The notes below the pieces were generated by a model. That model did no database searches, was not told the DNA's origin, and was given only the letters and a program-made list of their open reading frames with translations. DNA of 64,000 nucleotides from a virus: positions 64,001 to 128,000 of the IMG/VR virus record IMGVR_UViG_3300011115_000879. The stretch is one strand, 5' to 3'. A program made the position numbers and the translations under genes. Below, piece after piece: positions 18,444 to 28,028 of this stretch. How positions within the stretch are numbered: position 1 is the stretch's first letter; the number at the start of each line of letters is the position of its first letter.

Positions 18444-19750
18444 AATACACAAAGAAAATTGTAATTGTAGGAAGTGGTGTAGCTGGTATTAATGCCGCTA
18501 CCAAATTAGTAGATAACGGTTATCCTGGTGAATTAATCACTATTATTGATAAAGGTAATGATCCTCATAATAGATTACCAAGTGAAGTTATGTGTGGTTT
18601 CGCAGGAGCAGGAGCGTGGAGTGATGGCAAACTAACTTACCATACAGCAATCGGTGGTCAATTAGCTAAGTATTGTGGTGAAGAAAAAGCTATGGAATTG
18701 ATGGATCAAGTCATTAGTAACTTCAGACGCTTTCACCCCAAACCAGAAGAAATATTCTGTTCTGATCCAGTAGCTGAACCAGACTTCATTAAACCATACT
18801 TTGGATTACGTTTATTTCCTGTATGGCATATTGGTAGTAACTATCTACATGAGATTGCTAAAGCATGGTATCAATATTTAGTTGATAAAGGTGTTAATTT
18901 TATGTGGAATAAAGAAGTAAAACGCATAGCATTTGAATCAGATTTTATTTTGTATGATAAGAATAGCAAGTTAGGTACTATGCTTAAATTAAATTATGAC
19001 GAATTAATATTTGCAGTAGGTAAATCAGGTATTGACTTTGCTCAAAAACTATCAGACGACTATAAACTACCAACTGAACCTAAATCAGTACAAATTGGAG
19101 TACGCTTTGAAGCACCACAGAAATATTTCCAAAAACTAATTGATATATCATATGATTTTAAATTATATCAGAAATTCGATAATGTATCTTTACGTAGCTT
19201 TTGTACTAACAACAACGCGGCTTTCGTTGCTGTTGAAGAAACGTACGGCGATGTAACATACAATGGTCACGCTAAGAAAGGTGAAGAATTTAGAAACAAC
19301 ATGACTAACTTTGGTATCTTAATGGAAATTAAGGGTATTGAAGATCCATTTAAATGGTCACGCGATGTAGTAGAAAAATTACAAAGCGAAGGAACAGGAT
19401 TGTATTTCTCACCATCACGTACACCAGCATTAACATCTGAAGGTGTAACAGTATCTGCTACTCAAATTAAAAGTTTAGTACCCTTTGAAGAAGCATTAGG
19501 AGAATACTCAAAATATATTATGGATTTTATCATTCAAATGGATAAAGTATTTAAATTTGGTGATGATTGGGGTATGTATATCCCTGAAGTAAAGTATTTA
19601 AGTCCTGAACCATTAGTAAACTATACAAACTTAGCATTAAATGAATTTCCAAATGTACATTTCGTTGGCGATGCATTAAGTGCTCGTGGTATTACTGTAT
19701 CAGGCGCTCATGGAATTTATGTTTCTGAATATTTATTAACAAACGTATAA
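18440..19750 (+). CDS. FAD-dependent oxidoreductase
   Basis: IVIVGSGVAG Rossmann motif, GFAGAGAWSDGKL, FVGD...RGI near the C-terminus. Confidence 0.85.
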   Translation: MKYTKKIVIVGSGVAGINAATKLVDNGYPGELITIIDKGNDPHNRLPSEVMCGFAGAGAWSDGKLTYHTAIGGQLAKYCGEEKAMELMDQVISNFRRFHPKPEEIFCSDPVAEPDFIKPYFGLRLFPVWHIGSNYLHEIAKAWYQYLVDKGVNFMWNKEVKRIAFESDFILYDKNSKLGTMLKLNYDELIFAVGKSGIDFAQKLSDDYKLPTEPKSVQIGVRFEAPQKYFQKLIDISYDFKLYQKFDNVSLRSFCTNNNAAFVAVEETYGDVTYNGHAKKGEEFRNNMTNFGILMEIKGIEDPFKWSRDVVEKLQSEGTGLYFSPSRTPALTSEGVTVSATQIKSLVPFEEALGEYSKYIMDFIIQMDKVFKFGDDWGMYIPEVKYLSPEPLVNYTNLALNEFPNVHFVGDALSARGITVSGAHGIYVSEYLLTNV

Positions 19751-19751
19751 T

Positions 19752-20153
19752 ATGAGTATAAAAAGATTGCGCGAATCTATTCGTCGTATCATATTGCAAG
19801 AGTTAAATGAAAATCTTACAATTAAAGGAAAAAAAGTTAAAACATACAAACAAAATGGTGATAAATCATACGCTGTTGTATATGATGATGGTACCAAAGC
19901 TACAATAATGGTAAGTGATAAGGAATGGGATAATCTTAATGATGCACCTAAATTATCTGAAAACTCACCTGCACCTTCTAAACCAAGGGAAAACCCAGGA
20001 CCAGCAATCGCACCAGGTAAACCAGGTGAAAAAGACAAACCACGTCGTCCATTAGGAAATCCTAACGTTAAACCTGCTCCTAAAGCAAAAGCAACAATGG
20101 ATGAAGCAGAAATGCTAGCTAAGATTATCAAACGCTTTAAATCTAAAAAATAA
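19752..20153 (+). CDS. Putative internal head protein with Pro-rich linker
   Basis: Leader ending LQELNE; further LSE and MDE sites. Confidence 0.45.
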   Translation: MSIKRLRESIRRIILQELNENLTIKGKKVKTYKQNGDKSYAVVYDDGTKATIMVSDKEWDNLNDAPKLSENSPAPSKPRENPGPAIAPGKPGEKDKPRRPLGNPNVKPAPKAKATMDEAEMLAKIIKRFKSKK

Positions 20154-21166
20154 TGGCTCGTTTATTAGAAGTAGAATATGATAAAATATTCTCGCCAAAA
20201 ACAATGGCTGGTTTAAAGGGTAAAACAGCTGCATCTCTAAAGCAAATGGTTGGTAATAAATCATTAATGCAAACATTAATGAAATCTCAAGAGGTATTAG
20301 ATGAAATTGTCGATGCTGAAGAAGGATACCGTGATGAATTAGAAATGGTAGCTGCCCAAATGGTAACAGATGCATACCCAATCATTGGCTACGCTAACAT
20401 CAAAATTGATGCTAAAATAGCCGGCCTGGGGGATATGAATATTGAACCTGGTGATGGTGAAGTAAGCATAGATGAAATGCCTGAAACTGAAGAAACTGAT
20501 AAAGCAAAACGCCGTATCATTAATGGTATTACACAAGGTGCATCAATTAGAGGTGCTTTTGGTTTTATGCTATTTAAAGAATATATAGACGCTATCAACC
20601 CAGCATTAGTAGAAAAATATAACGAAATCCTAAAAATGGCATTCGGTATATATGATGACGAAAATGCAATTGCAATGATGTTAGCAGCATTAGCTCAAGG
20701 ACAAAAAATGCAAGGTGGTGAAAGCGAAATGGAATATGATGAAGAAAATGAGCAATTTGTTATTAAAGCGAAAGCAATATGCTTCCCAATGCTTGTACAT
20801 GAAATCGTAAAAGGATTGTATGAAATCGTTGGTACAGAAGGTTTTGGTGCTGATAAAGAAAAAAACCAAGCTATCGTAGGTGCTGTAGATAAATTATCAA
20901 ATGAACCTAAAGATTTACAATTAGGTAAATTCATATATGATGCTGTAAGTAAAATATATAATGAAAGTAATATTGATGATGCACGTGTACGTGAATTATT
21001 CTTTGCTGAAGTATATAAATTAAATGATATGGAATTTATTCCATTCATTGAGAATGCTATCAACGATGAATTAACTAACAGTCAAAAACAATGGGCTTCA
21101 AACACAATGAAGGATATTGAACGCGACTTAAAGAAAGATGATACTGGACTTTCAGGATTGGATTAG
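20153..21166 (+). CDS. Acidic helical hypothetical protein, putative head protein
   Basis: MARLLE leader; FPMLVHEIVKGLYE motif. Confidence 0.45.
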   Translation: MARLLEVEYDKIFSPKTMAGLKGKTAASLKQMVGNKSLMQTLMKSQEVLDEIVDAEEGYRDELEMVAAQMVTDAYPIIGYANIKIDAKIAGLGDMNIEPGDGEVSIDEMPETEETDKAKRRIINGITQGASIRGAFGFMLFKEYIDAINPALVEKYNEILKMAFGIYDDENAIAMMLAALAQGQKMQGGESEMEYDEENEQFVIKAKAICFPMLVHEIVKGLYEIVGTEGFGADKEKNQAIVGAVDKLSNEPKDLQLGKFIYDAVSKIYNESNIDDARVRELFFAEVYKLNDMEFIPFIENAINDELTNSQKQWASNTMKDIERDLKKDDTGLSGLD

Positions 21167-21188
21167 CAAGATTTCCTTCGTAACTTTA
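21157..21188 (+). promoter_or_regulatory. Bacteroidota-type promoter candidate
   Basis: ATTG-N20-TAACTTTA preceded by CTTCG, matching the site at 4335-4365. Confidence 0.4.
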
Positions 21189-21200
21189 AAATAAAAAACG

Positions 21201-21446
21201 ATGGAAAGTAATTTAGAAACAAAACGTCTTAAATCATCTGATGGAACTATAGCGTATTATTGTTTAGGTAAAATGCATAATTGGGAAGGACCAGCATTAA
21301 TCCCTCAAGGAAATAAACGCAAAGCTGAATATTATTTGTTTGGTATTAAACATACAAAAACTCAGTGGGAAGAAAAGAAAAAAGATGTTCATGGTCAACC
21401 ATGGTATAAAACATCAGCTGGTAAAGCAGCAGGAGCAAGAATGTAA
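21201..21446 (+). CDS. Hypothetical protein
   Basis: 81 aa; HNWEGPA motif; A-rich initiation context. Confidence 0.55.
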   Translation: MESNLETKRLKSSDGTIAYYCLGKMHNWEGPALIPQGNKRKAEYYLFGIKHTKTQWEEKKKDVHGQPWYKTSAGKAAGARM

Positions 21447-21452
21447 AAAAAT

Positions 21453-21477
21453 AAGGACCGTCAAGGTCCTTTTTTTA
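21453..21477 (+). terminator. Intrinsic terminator (possibly bidirectional)
   Basis: AAGGACC-GTCAA-GGTCCTT flanked by an A-run and a T-run. Confidence 0.8.
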
Positions 21478-21487
21478 TCTTTATAAC

Positions 21488-21745
21488 ATGGAAGAAAGAA
21501 GAGGAAGACCAAAAGAAATAATAGTAGAAGAAGCACCACGTAAGTATACTAAAGTATATGAGTACGAGGATTCAACAGAAACTTGGGTTTATAATTTAGA
21601 CAAACATCATGGTCCTATTAGCGTTGATATTAAGTATAAGAACAATGTTGACAAAAATTGGGCTAAGAGACAAAAAGAACAAAAGCGAATAGATAGTAGT
21701 ATGCGCAAAATAAAAAAAGCACAATCACTTAAAACACAAAAATAA
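21488..21745 (+). CDS. Small basic hypothetical protein
   Basis: RRGRPK AT-hook-like N-terminus; TAATG overlap with the next gene. Confidence 0.5.
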   Translation: MEERRGRPKEIIVEEAPRKYTKVYEYEDSTETWVYNLDKHHGPISVDIKYKNNVDKNWAKRQKEQKRIDSSMRKIKKAQSLKTQK

Positions 21746-22266
21746 TGAGAATAGGGTTATGTGGAACAATTAGTGTAGGAAAAACTACATTAGTAAAAGC
21801 GTTAAAAGAATTAGAGCAATTTAAAGATTATGAAATTGCAACTGAACGTAGTAAATACTTACGCGATCAAGGTGTAGCATTAAATACAGATTCTACAATA
21901 AAAGGTCAATTGGTGTTTGCTGCTGAACGTAGTATTGAATTAATGAAAGAAAATATCATTACTGATAGAACAATATATGATGTTACTGCATTTACACTCA
22001 GTGCTAAATCAATTGGGTGGACTGAAAAGCGATATTTTACTGAATTATTAATGATACTACGCGACGAATATGATTTACTAATTTATGTATCGCCTGAAGG
22101 TGTTGAACTTGAAGATAATGGTGTTCGTACTACAGATGCTGAATATAGAGAAAAAATTGATCTTTGTATAAAAGAAATGTTAGACGAATTCAAACACAAA
22201 AATTTATTAACAGTAAAAGGTACAACTGAAGAACGTATCGCTACTATCATCTCTCATCTAAATTAA
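21745..22266 (+). CDS. P-loop nucleoside/nucleotide kinase-like ATPase (NadR/AAA_28-like)
   Basis: GTISVGKTT Walker A; ITDRT; EDNGVR lid. Confidence 0.75.
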   Translation: MRIGLCGTISVGKTTLVKALKELEQFKDYEIATERSKYLRDQGVALNTDSTIKGQLVFAAERSIELMKENIITDRTIYDVTAFTLSAKSIGWTEKRYFTELLMILRDEYDLLIYVSPEGVELEDNGVRTTDAEYREKIDLCIKEMLDEFKHKNLLTVKGTTEERIATIISHLN

Positions 22267-22302
22267 ATATTTATGGATATCACCACAACTGAATTAAAAA
22301 CA

Positions 22303-23280
22303 ATGAAAGCCAAACAACTACGCAGAATAATACAAGAAGTTATAAATGAAGCTACAGAAGTAGATGTTAAAACTGCTAAAAAAGCAGCATTAGATCTAAA
22401 AATGAAATATGCTGATGCTGAATCAAAAGCCGCTGCTCTTGAAAAAACAGTAGCTTCTAGTCAAAAAGCAGCAATAAGTGAAATGGAAATTGATGAAATG
22501 GCTCGTATCGCTAAAGGATTTAGATTAGCTGATCCAAATCTTAATGCTTCTCAATACGCTACAAAACGCATAAGCGGAACTTCAATGGCTGATGTTATTG
22601 AATTTTTTAGAGAAAATCCAGGTGCTGAAAAAACAGCATTACAAGCACAATTTGGTTTCGTTCGCCCACAAATCGCAAACGCAATAGTAAATGGTTTATT
22701 AGATGCAGGTGTATTAGTTAAGTTAGGAGCAGGTGGTGAAGAAGAAGCACCAGTAGCACCAGGCGAAACAGTACCAACACAAGCAACTGAACCAGAAGAT
22801 ATGTTCATGGGTAGTGCTGAAAATCCATTATCAATGTATTTTGATGATGAACCAAATGCAGACGGAAGCGAAAATTTCACTGATGATGAAGAACCAGATG
22901 CCGGTGAAATTGAAAAAAGCAATATGGCCGCTGGTGGTATGTCTGATGCTGATTATGAAGCTTGGATGAAATATGGTGAATTAAAACAACGTTTAGATTC
23001 TACAAAAAGCAATATCTTAAAATTAAGAAAAAATAAAGGTGGATCTTTTGGAGATATATCAGATAAACCATCAACTGAATTACAACGCTTACGTGATTTA
23101 AAATTATCATTAGAAGAAAGAATTGTAGCTTTAATTGCTTCATCTCCATATCTACAAGCTAAACTTAAGAAAGAAGAACCTATAGTTCCTGTTATTGAAC
23201 CTGAAGAAGAAACAGAAGTAGAACCATTAGATGAATGGACAATACGTAAAATGCAATATTATGCTGGAATTAGTAAGTAA
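22303..23280 (+). CDS. Acidic putative internal head protein
   Basis: Start at 22303 preferred because the ATG at 22273 overlaps ATATTTAT; leader ending VINE; C-terminus RKMQYYAGISK. Confidence 0.5.
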   Translation: MKAKQLRRIIQEVINEATEVDVKTAKKAALDLKMKYADAESKAAALEKTVASSQKAAISEMEIDEMARIAKGFRLADPNLNASQYATKRISGTSMADVIEFFRENPGAEKTALQAQFGFVRPQIANAIVNGLLDAGVLVKLGAGGEEEAPVAPGETVPTQATEPEDMFMGSAENPLSMYFDDEPNADGSENFTDDEEPDAGEIEKSNMAAGGMSDADYEAWMKYGELKQRLDSTKSNILKLRKNKGGSFGDISDKPSTELQRLRDLKLSLEERIVALIASSPYLQAKLKKEEPIVPVIEPEEETEVEPLDEWTIRKMQYYAGISK

Positions 23281-23623
23281 ATATAAAACACAAATTAAGT
23301 ACGGCTTATATGCCGTGCTTTCTTTGTTTGTAATATATGGGATGATCTATATATTCACTCCAAAACCCCAAATGCCGATTGATTTTAAGGCAACTATCGA
23401 TTCATTGATAAAAGCAAATGCCGCACTGCAAGCTAAACAACTTGAAATTGATAGTACTATTGGTAGATATGAAAATGAAGTTGATATTTTAAATGGAATG
23501 ATAGGAAGTATAACAGAAAAAACTACTATCATTAGAGAATACTATCACGAACAAAGTAATACAGCTGGTAAGTATACTCCAACACAAGTAGATTCATTCT
23601 TTAAATCAAGATATAAATACTAA
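23261..23623 (+). CDS. N-terminally anchored coiled-coil membrane protein (i-spanin-like)
   Basis: Hydrophobic YGLYAVLSLFVIYGMIYIF followed by heptad-like helix. Confidence 0.5.
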   Translation: MLELVSKYKTQIKYGLYAVLSLFVIYGMIYIFTPKPQMPIDFKATIDSLIKANAALQAKQLEIDSTIGRYENEVDILNGMIGSITEKTTIIREYYHEQSNTAGKYTPTQVDSFFKSRYKY

Positions 23624-23624
23624 T

Positions 23625-24017
23625 ATGAAACTATTTTCTATAGTAGTAGCACTTCTACTCTCAACAACAACACAAGCTCAAGATACAATTAAAATACCGG
23701 CACCTGTAGCTAAACAAATCGTATTAGATTTAATTAGTGGTGATAGTGCTAAAGCTGAATTAGGTTTAGTACAACAACAACTAACATTAACAAATAAAGT
23801 TGTTGTATTAAAAGATAGTATCATATCTAACTATGTTCAAAAATGTAATATTTATGATGAGCGTATCACTAATGAGCAAGCTAAATATAACGTACAAGGT
23901 TTGTATGTTAAACAATTAGAAAAGAGTAATAAAAAATTAAAAATAAAATTAATATTCACTAAAATAGTATCAATTGCTGTTGCCGGTTCAATTAGCTATT
24001 TTTACTTAATAAAATAA
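23625..24017 (+). CDS. Secreted coiled-coil protein with C-terminal hydrophobic helix (possible spanin partner)
   Basis: Signal peptide MKLFSIVVALLLSTTTQA-Q; C-terminal IVSIAVAGSISYFYLI. Confidence 0.45.
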   Translation: MKLFSIVVALLLSTTTQAQDTIKIPAPVAKQIVLDLISGDSAKAELGLVQQQLTLTNKVVVLKDSIISNYVQKCNIYDERITNEQAKYNVQGLYVKQLEKSNKKLKIKLIFTKIVSIAVAGSISYFYLIK

Positions 24018-24020
24018 AAA

Positions 24021-24338
24021 ATGAAACAACCAATCAACGAAATCCGCAGAATGCAGCAATTAGCTGGTATCTTAAATGAAGAAATGGGTGAGTTTAAAGA
24101 GGTTCCATCAAGTGCCGTAGTTAGTGGAAAATCTATTGTTACTGACGGTGAAAATTACTACGTATACAAAACCTCGTTAGGAGCATCTAACGAAAATACA
24201 GCTTTCTTTGTATACGATATGAAAGGTAATGAACTAAATAAATATGATCTAGTGGATGATAAAGCGACTATAGGACAAAGTCGTAAACTAAAAGCAGCAG
24301 TAGACGCATTAGAACAAATAAGCGGATTAGGTTTATAA
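24021..24338 (+). CDS. Putative internal head protein with RMQQLAG leader
   Basis: MKQPINEIRRMQQLAGILNE, near-identical to the start of 31672..32598. Confidence 0.55.
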   Translation: MKQPINEIRRMQQLAGILNEEMGEFKEVPSSAVVSGKSIVTDGENYYVYKTSLGASNENTAFFVYDMKGNELNKYDLVDDKATIGQSRKLKAAVDALEQISGLGL

Positions 24339-24364
24339 TATAAAGTAAAATACATAAAAATAAT

Positions 24365-24453
24365 TGTTCTAGTCTACCTTAGGAACATACCGTTAAGCAT
24401 TTCTAGACCGATGCGAAACACATACCTAACCCCGTAAGGTTAGGTTTTTTTTT
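24365..24453 (+). ncRNA. Structured intergenic element ending in a terminator
   Basis: TGTTC/GAACA and GCAT/ATGC stems with complementary loops (GTCTA/TAGAC), then ACCTAACC-CCGTAA-GGTTAGGT plus a T-run. The terminator is well supported; the ncRNA call is tentative. Confidence 0.35.
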
Positions 24454-24472
24454 GCTTTGTATATTTATATAT

Positions 24473-26068
24473 ATGAGCAACCCACAAGCTAATATAAAGG
24501 AAATAATAAAGCAGGAGTATATTAAATGTGCAACAGATCCTGTCTATTTCTTTCGCAAATACTGCTACATATCTCACCCCGTTAAAGGTAGAGTACTATT
24601 CCATTTATATCCATTTCAAGGAGATGTATTAAATGATTTTAGAAATAATCGTTTTAGTATTATAAATAAATCTAGACAGCTAGGTATATCTACTCTATCA
24701 GCCGGATATTCTCTATGGTTAATGATGTTTAATAAAGATAAAACTATACTTTGTATAGCCACTACTCAAAAAACAGCAGCCAACATGATTGAGAAGGTAC
24801 AGTTTATGTACAATAACTTACCATCTTGGCTACGAGGCAACCAAAAACCATTAGCAGATAATAAATTATCACTCAAACTACCAAATAACTCTCAGATTAT
24901 AGCAGCATCCGCCGCATCCGATTCTGGCCGTTCATATGCTGTATCACTACTAATAGTGGATGAAGCAGCATTTATTGAAGGTATTGATAAAATATACACG
25001 AGTGTTAAACCAACAATTGCTACAGGTGGAGGTATTATAGCATTATCATCACCAAATGGTGTTGGTAACTGGTTTCATAAGATGTATACTGAAGCTGAAT
25101 TAGGTAAAAACGATTTTAAAGCAATTAAATTAAGATGGGATTTACACCCCGATAGAACAGGAGATTGGGAGCAAACAGAACGAGCAAACATGTCATTACG
25201 TGAATTTGCTCAAGAGTATGACTGCGATTTCTTAGGTTCAGGAAATTCACTAATTGAACCAGATAACTTATCTTTCTATGAGCAAACATTTATTCAAGAA
25301 CCTATGGAACGCCGCTTTATGGGTGGTGACTATTGGGTGTGGCAGTATCCTGACTATAGTAAGTCTTATATTGTATGTGCTGATGTGGCTCGCGGTGATA
25401 GTAGTGACTACTCAGCATTCCATGTTATCGATGTTGAAGCGTGTGAGCAAGTAGCAGAATATAAATCTCAGATAGATACTCGCTCATATGGTAATATGTT
25501 AGTATCGGTAGCTACTGAGTATAACAACGCTTTACTGGTAGTAGAAAACGCGAATATCGGTTGGGACGTCATAAACACTATAATCGAAAAGGGATATCAG
25601 AATTTGCATTATTCACCTAGAATAAATGGTGATATAAGTGCAGATAAATGGTTATCTAAAATGGAATCTGAACAAACAGTACCTGGATTTACAACATCAG
25701 CAAAAACAAGACCTCTTGTCATTGCAAAAATGGAGTCGTACATTCGAGACAGACATTTTATCTTTCGTTCTAGAAGATTATTAGAAGAACTACGTGTATT
25801 CATTTGGATGAATGGTAAAGCACAAGCACAAAGTGGTTATAATGATGATTTAGTAATATCTTTAGGAATAGGCTTATTTACTAGAGATACAGGAATAAAA
25901 TTTCATTCACAAGGACTAGAATCATCACGAGCAGCAATAGCTGGTATATCTAGTACAGGATATGGAGGTGGATATGGTAATATGCCTATGATGCCTAATG
26001 GTACACCCAATCCCTACCAAATGGAAACGCAATATGGTGTTGAAGATTTAGGTTGGATGATGGGATAA
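24473..26068 (+). CDS. terL: Terminase large subunit (T4 gp17-like)
   Basis: KSRQLGIST Walker A, LLIVDEAAF Walker B, SSPNG, ADVARG and DDLV nuclease motifs; ATG at 24473. Confidence 0.95.
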   Translation: MSNPQANIKEIIKQEYIKCATDPVYFFRKYCYISHPVKGRVLFHLYPFQGDVLNDFRNNRFSIINKSRQLGISTLSAGYSLWLMMFNKDKTILCIATTQKTAANMIEKVQFMYNNLPSWLRGNQKPLADNKLSLKLPNNSQIIAASAASDSGRSYAVSLLIVDEAAFIEGIDKIYTSVKPTIATGGGIIALSSPNGVGNWFHKMYTEAELGKNDFKAIKLRWDLHPDRTGDWEQTERANMSLREFAQEYDCDFLGSGNSLIEPDNLSFYEQTFIQEPMERRFMGGDYWVWQYPDYSKSYIVCADVARGDSSDYSAFHVIDVEACEQVAEYKSQIDTRSYGNMLVSVATEYNNALLVVENANIGWDVINTIIEKGYQNLHYSPRINGDISADKWLSKMESEQTVPGFTTSAKTRPLVIAKMESYIRDRHFIFRSRRLLEELRVFIWMNGKAQAQSGYNDDLVISLGIGLFTRDTGIKFHSQGLESSRAAIAGISSTGYGGGYGNMPMMPNGTPNPYQMETQYGVEDLGWMMG

Positions 26069-26100
26069 GTAAATATTTATTGACATAATAAAAACAAATA

Positions 26101-27990
26101 ATGGCAGAACAACAAAATGATCCAGGATTATTTGGCAAATTGAAACGCCTATTTTCGACGGACGTTATTATAAGAAATGTAGGAGGAGATCAACTGAAAG
26201 TTACTGATGTTGATAGAATTCAAGCTTATGGTAACATAAAAACAAATGCCTTAATAGATAGATTTACTAAGTTGCATAGATACGGAGCTAATATGCCGTA
26301 TAATCCAACAATGAACTACCAAACACTTCGCATTCAGTTATACACTGACTATGAAGCAATGGATACAGAATCTATTATCGCATCAGCATTAGATATTATT
26401 GCTGATGAAGCAACATTAAAGAATGAAAATGGAGAAGTAATTCAAATTATGTCTCCAGACGAAAATATTCAACGCATTCTATATAACTTATTTTACGATG
26501 TATTAAACATTGAATTTAACTTATGGATGTGGATTAGAAACATGTGCAAATATGGTGATTTTTATCTTCACCTTGAGATTGCAGAAAAGTTCGGTATATA
26601 CACAGTAACACCACTGTCTGTATACGATATGGTTCGTGAAGAAGGAATGGACCCACAAAACCCCTCATATGTTTGCTTCAAAATTGATCCAATGGTTATT
26701 GCAGCTGGTGGTATTAATTCTCGAGTTAAAGACAGAGATGGAAAAATTAAGTTTGAGAATTATGAGATAGCTCATTTTCGCTTATTAACCGACGCTAATT
26801 ATCTACCATATGGTAGAGCATATATTGAACCAGCACGTAAAACGTACAAACAATACGTACTAATGAAAGATGCGATGTTATTACATCGTGTTACTCGTGC
26901 TCCGGAAAAACGCGTATTCTATATTGATATTGGTAATTTACCTCCTAATGAGGTTGATGGATACATGGAGAAGTTGAAAAACAAAATGAAGAAAACTCCA
27001 TTTATTGACCAAAATACAGGCGAATATAACTTACGTTATAATCAAATGAACGTAATGGAAGATTTTTATATTCCTCAACGTGGCGCTAATAGTAATACTA
27101 AGATTGATACAATTAAAGGTTTAGAGTATAACGCAATTGATGACGTAAACTTCTTACGTGATGAAATGTTAGCTGCTCTTAAAGTACCAAAAGCATTCTT
27201 CGGATTTGAAAAGGATTTAACTGGTAAAGCTACATTAGCCGCTGAAGATATCCGTTTCGCTCGTACAGTAGAACGTATTCAACGTATTGTATTATCTGAA
27301 TTATATAAAATGGCATTAGTGCATTTATATACTCAAGGATATGATGGTGAATCACTAAATAACTTTGAATTAAATTTATCTACTCCATCAATCATCTACG
27401 AACAAGAAAAAGTAGCATTATGGAAAGAAAAGATTGCATTAGCTAAAGATGTTCAAGATAGTAAATTAATGCCTTCAGATTGGATTTACGATAAAATATT
27501 CCAATTCAGTGAAGATCAATACGATGAATACCGTGATTTGGTAGCTGAAGATATGAAACGTACATTCCGCCTATCTCAAATTGAGAACGAAGGCAATGAC
27601 CCAGCTAAATCAGGCAAATCATATGGTACACCACATGATCTAGCATCATTATATGGTAAAGGAAGAAATGGTACAGGAACAAATCCAGTACCTCCAGGAT
27701 ATGATGAAAAAGCACCTGTTGGTCGTCCTAAAGAAAAAGCATCTATTGTTGGTACACAAGATAGAGCATTAGGTAAAGACCCATTAGGTAGTAAAGAAAA
27801 TGGAACATTATACACTGCAAATATACCTGACGAAACAGGTACACCAAAAGGTGGTTCACCATTAGCATTAGCTGAATCTTATAGATATAAAAGTATGCTA
27901 TCAATGATACCTAGGGGTGAAAAGCAAATAATCTTTGAAGCAGAAGAAAAATCTAATCTACTAGACGAAGATAATATTAAAGGACTATAA
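26101..27990 (+). CDS. gp20: Portal protein (T4 gp20-like)
   Basis: RAPEKRVFYIDIGNLP, EDFYIP, ALKVPK; directly follows terL. Confidence 0.93.
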   Translation: MAEQQNDPGLFGKLKRLFSTDVIIRNVGGDQLKVTDVDRIQAYGNIKTNALIDRFTKLHRYGANMPYNPTMNYQTLRIQLYTDYEAMDTESIIASALDIIADEATLKNENGEVIQIMSPDENIQRILYNLFYDVLNIEFNLWMWIRNMCKYGDFYLHLEIAEKFGIYTVTPLSVYDMVREEGMDPQNPSYVCFKIDPMVIAAGGINSRVKDRDGKIKFENYEIAHFRLLTDANYLPYGRAYIEPARKTYKQYVLMKDAMLLHRVTRAPEKRVFYIDIGNLPPNEVDGYMEKLKNKMKKTPFIDQNTGEYNLRYNQMNVMEDFYIPQRGANSNTKIDTIKGLEYNAIDDVNFLRDEMLAALKVPKAFFGFEKDLTGKATLAAEDIRFARTVERIQRIVLSELYKMALVHLYTQGYDGESLNNFELNLSTPSIIYEQEKVALWKEKIALAKDVQDSKLMPSDWIYDKIFQFSEDQYDEYRDLVAEDMKRTFRLSQIENEGNDPAKSGKSYGTPHDLASLYGKGRNGTGTNPVPPGYDEKAPVGRPKEKASIVGTQDRALGKDPLGSKENGTLYTANIPDETGTPKGGSPLALAESYRYKSMLSMIPRGEKQIIFEAEEKSNLLDEDNIKGL

Positions 27991-28028
27991 AGTACTGTAT
28001 ATTTATACGCAGTGTATACTAACTAATT

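Noticed and set aside
24473-27990. Inteins in terminase or portal
   Set aside because: Lengths and motif spacing are normal; no intein terminal motifs seen.
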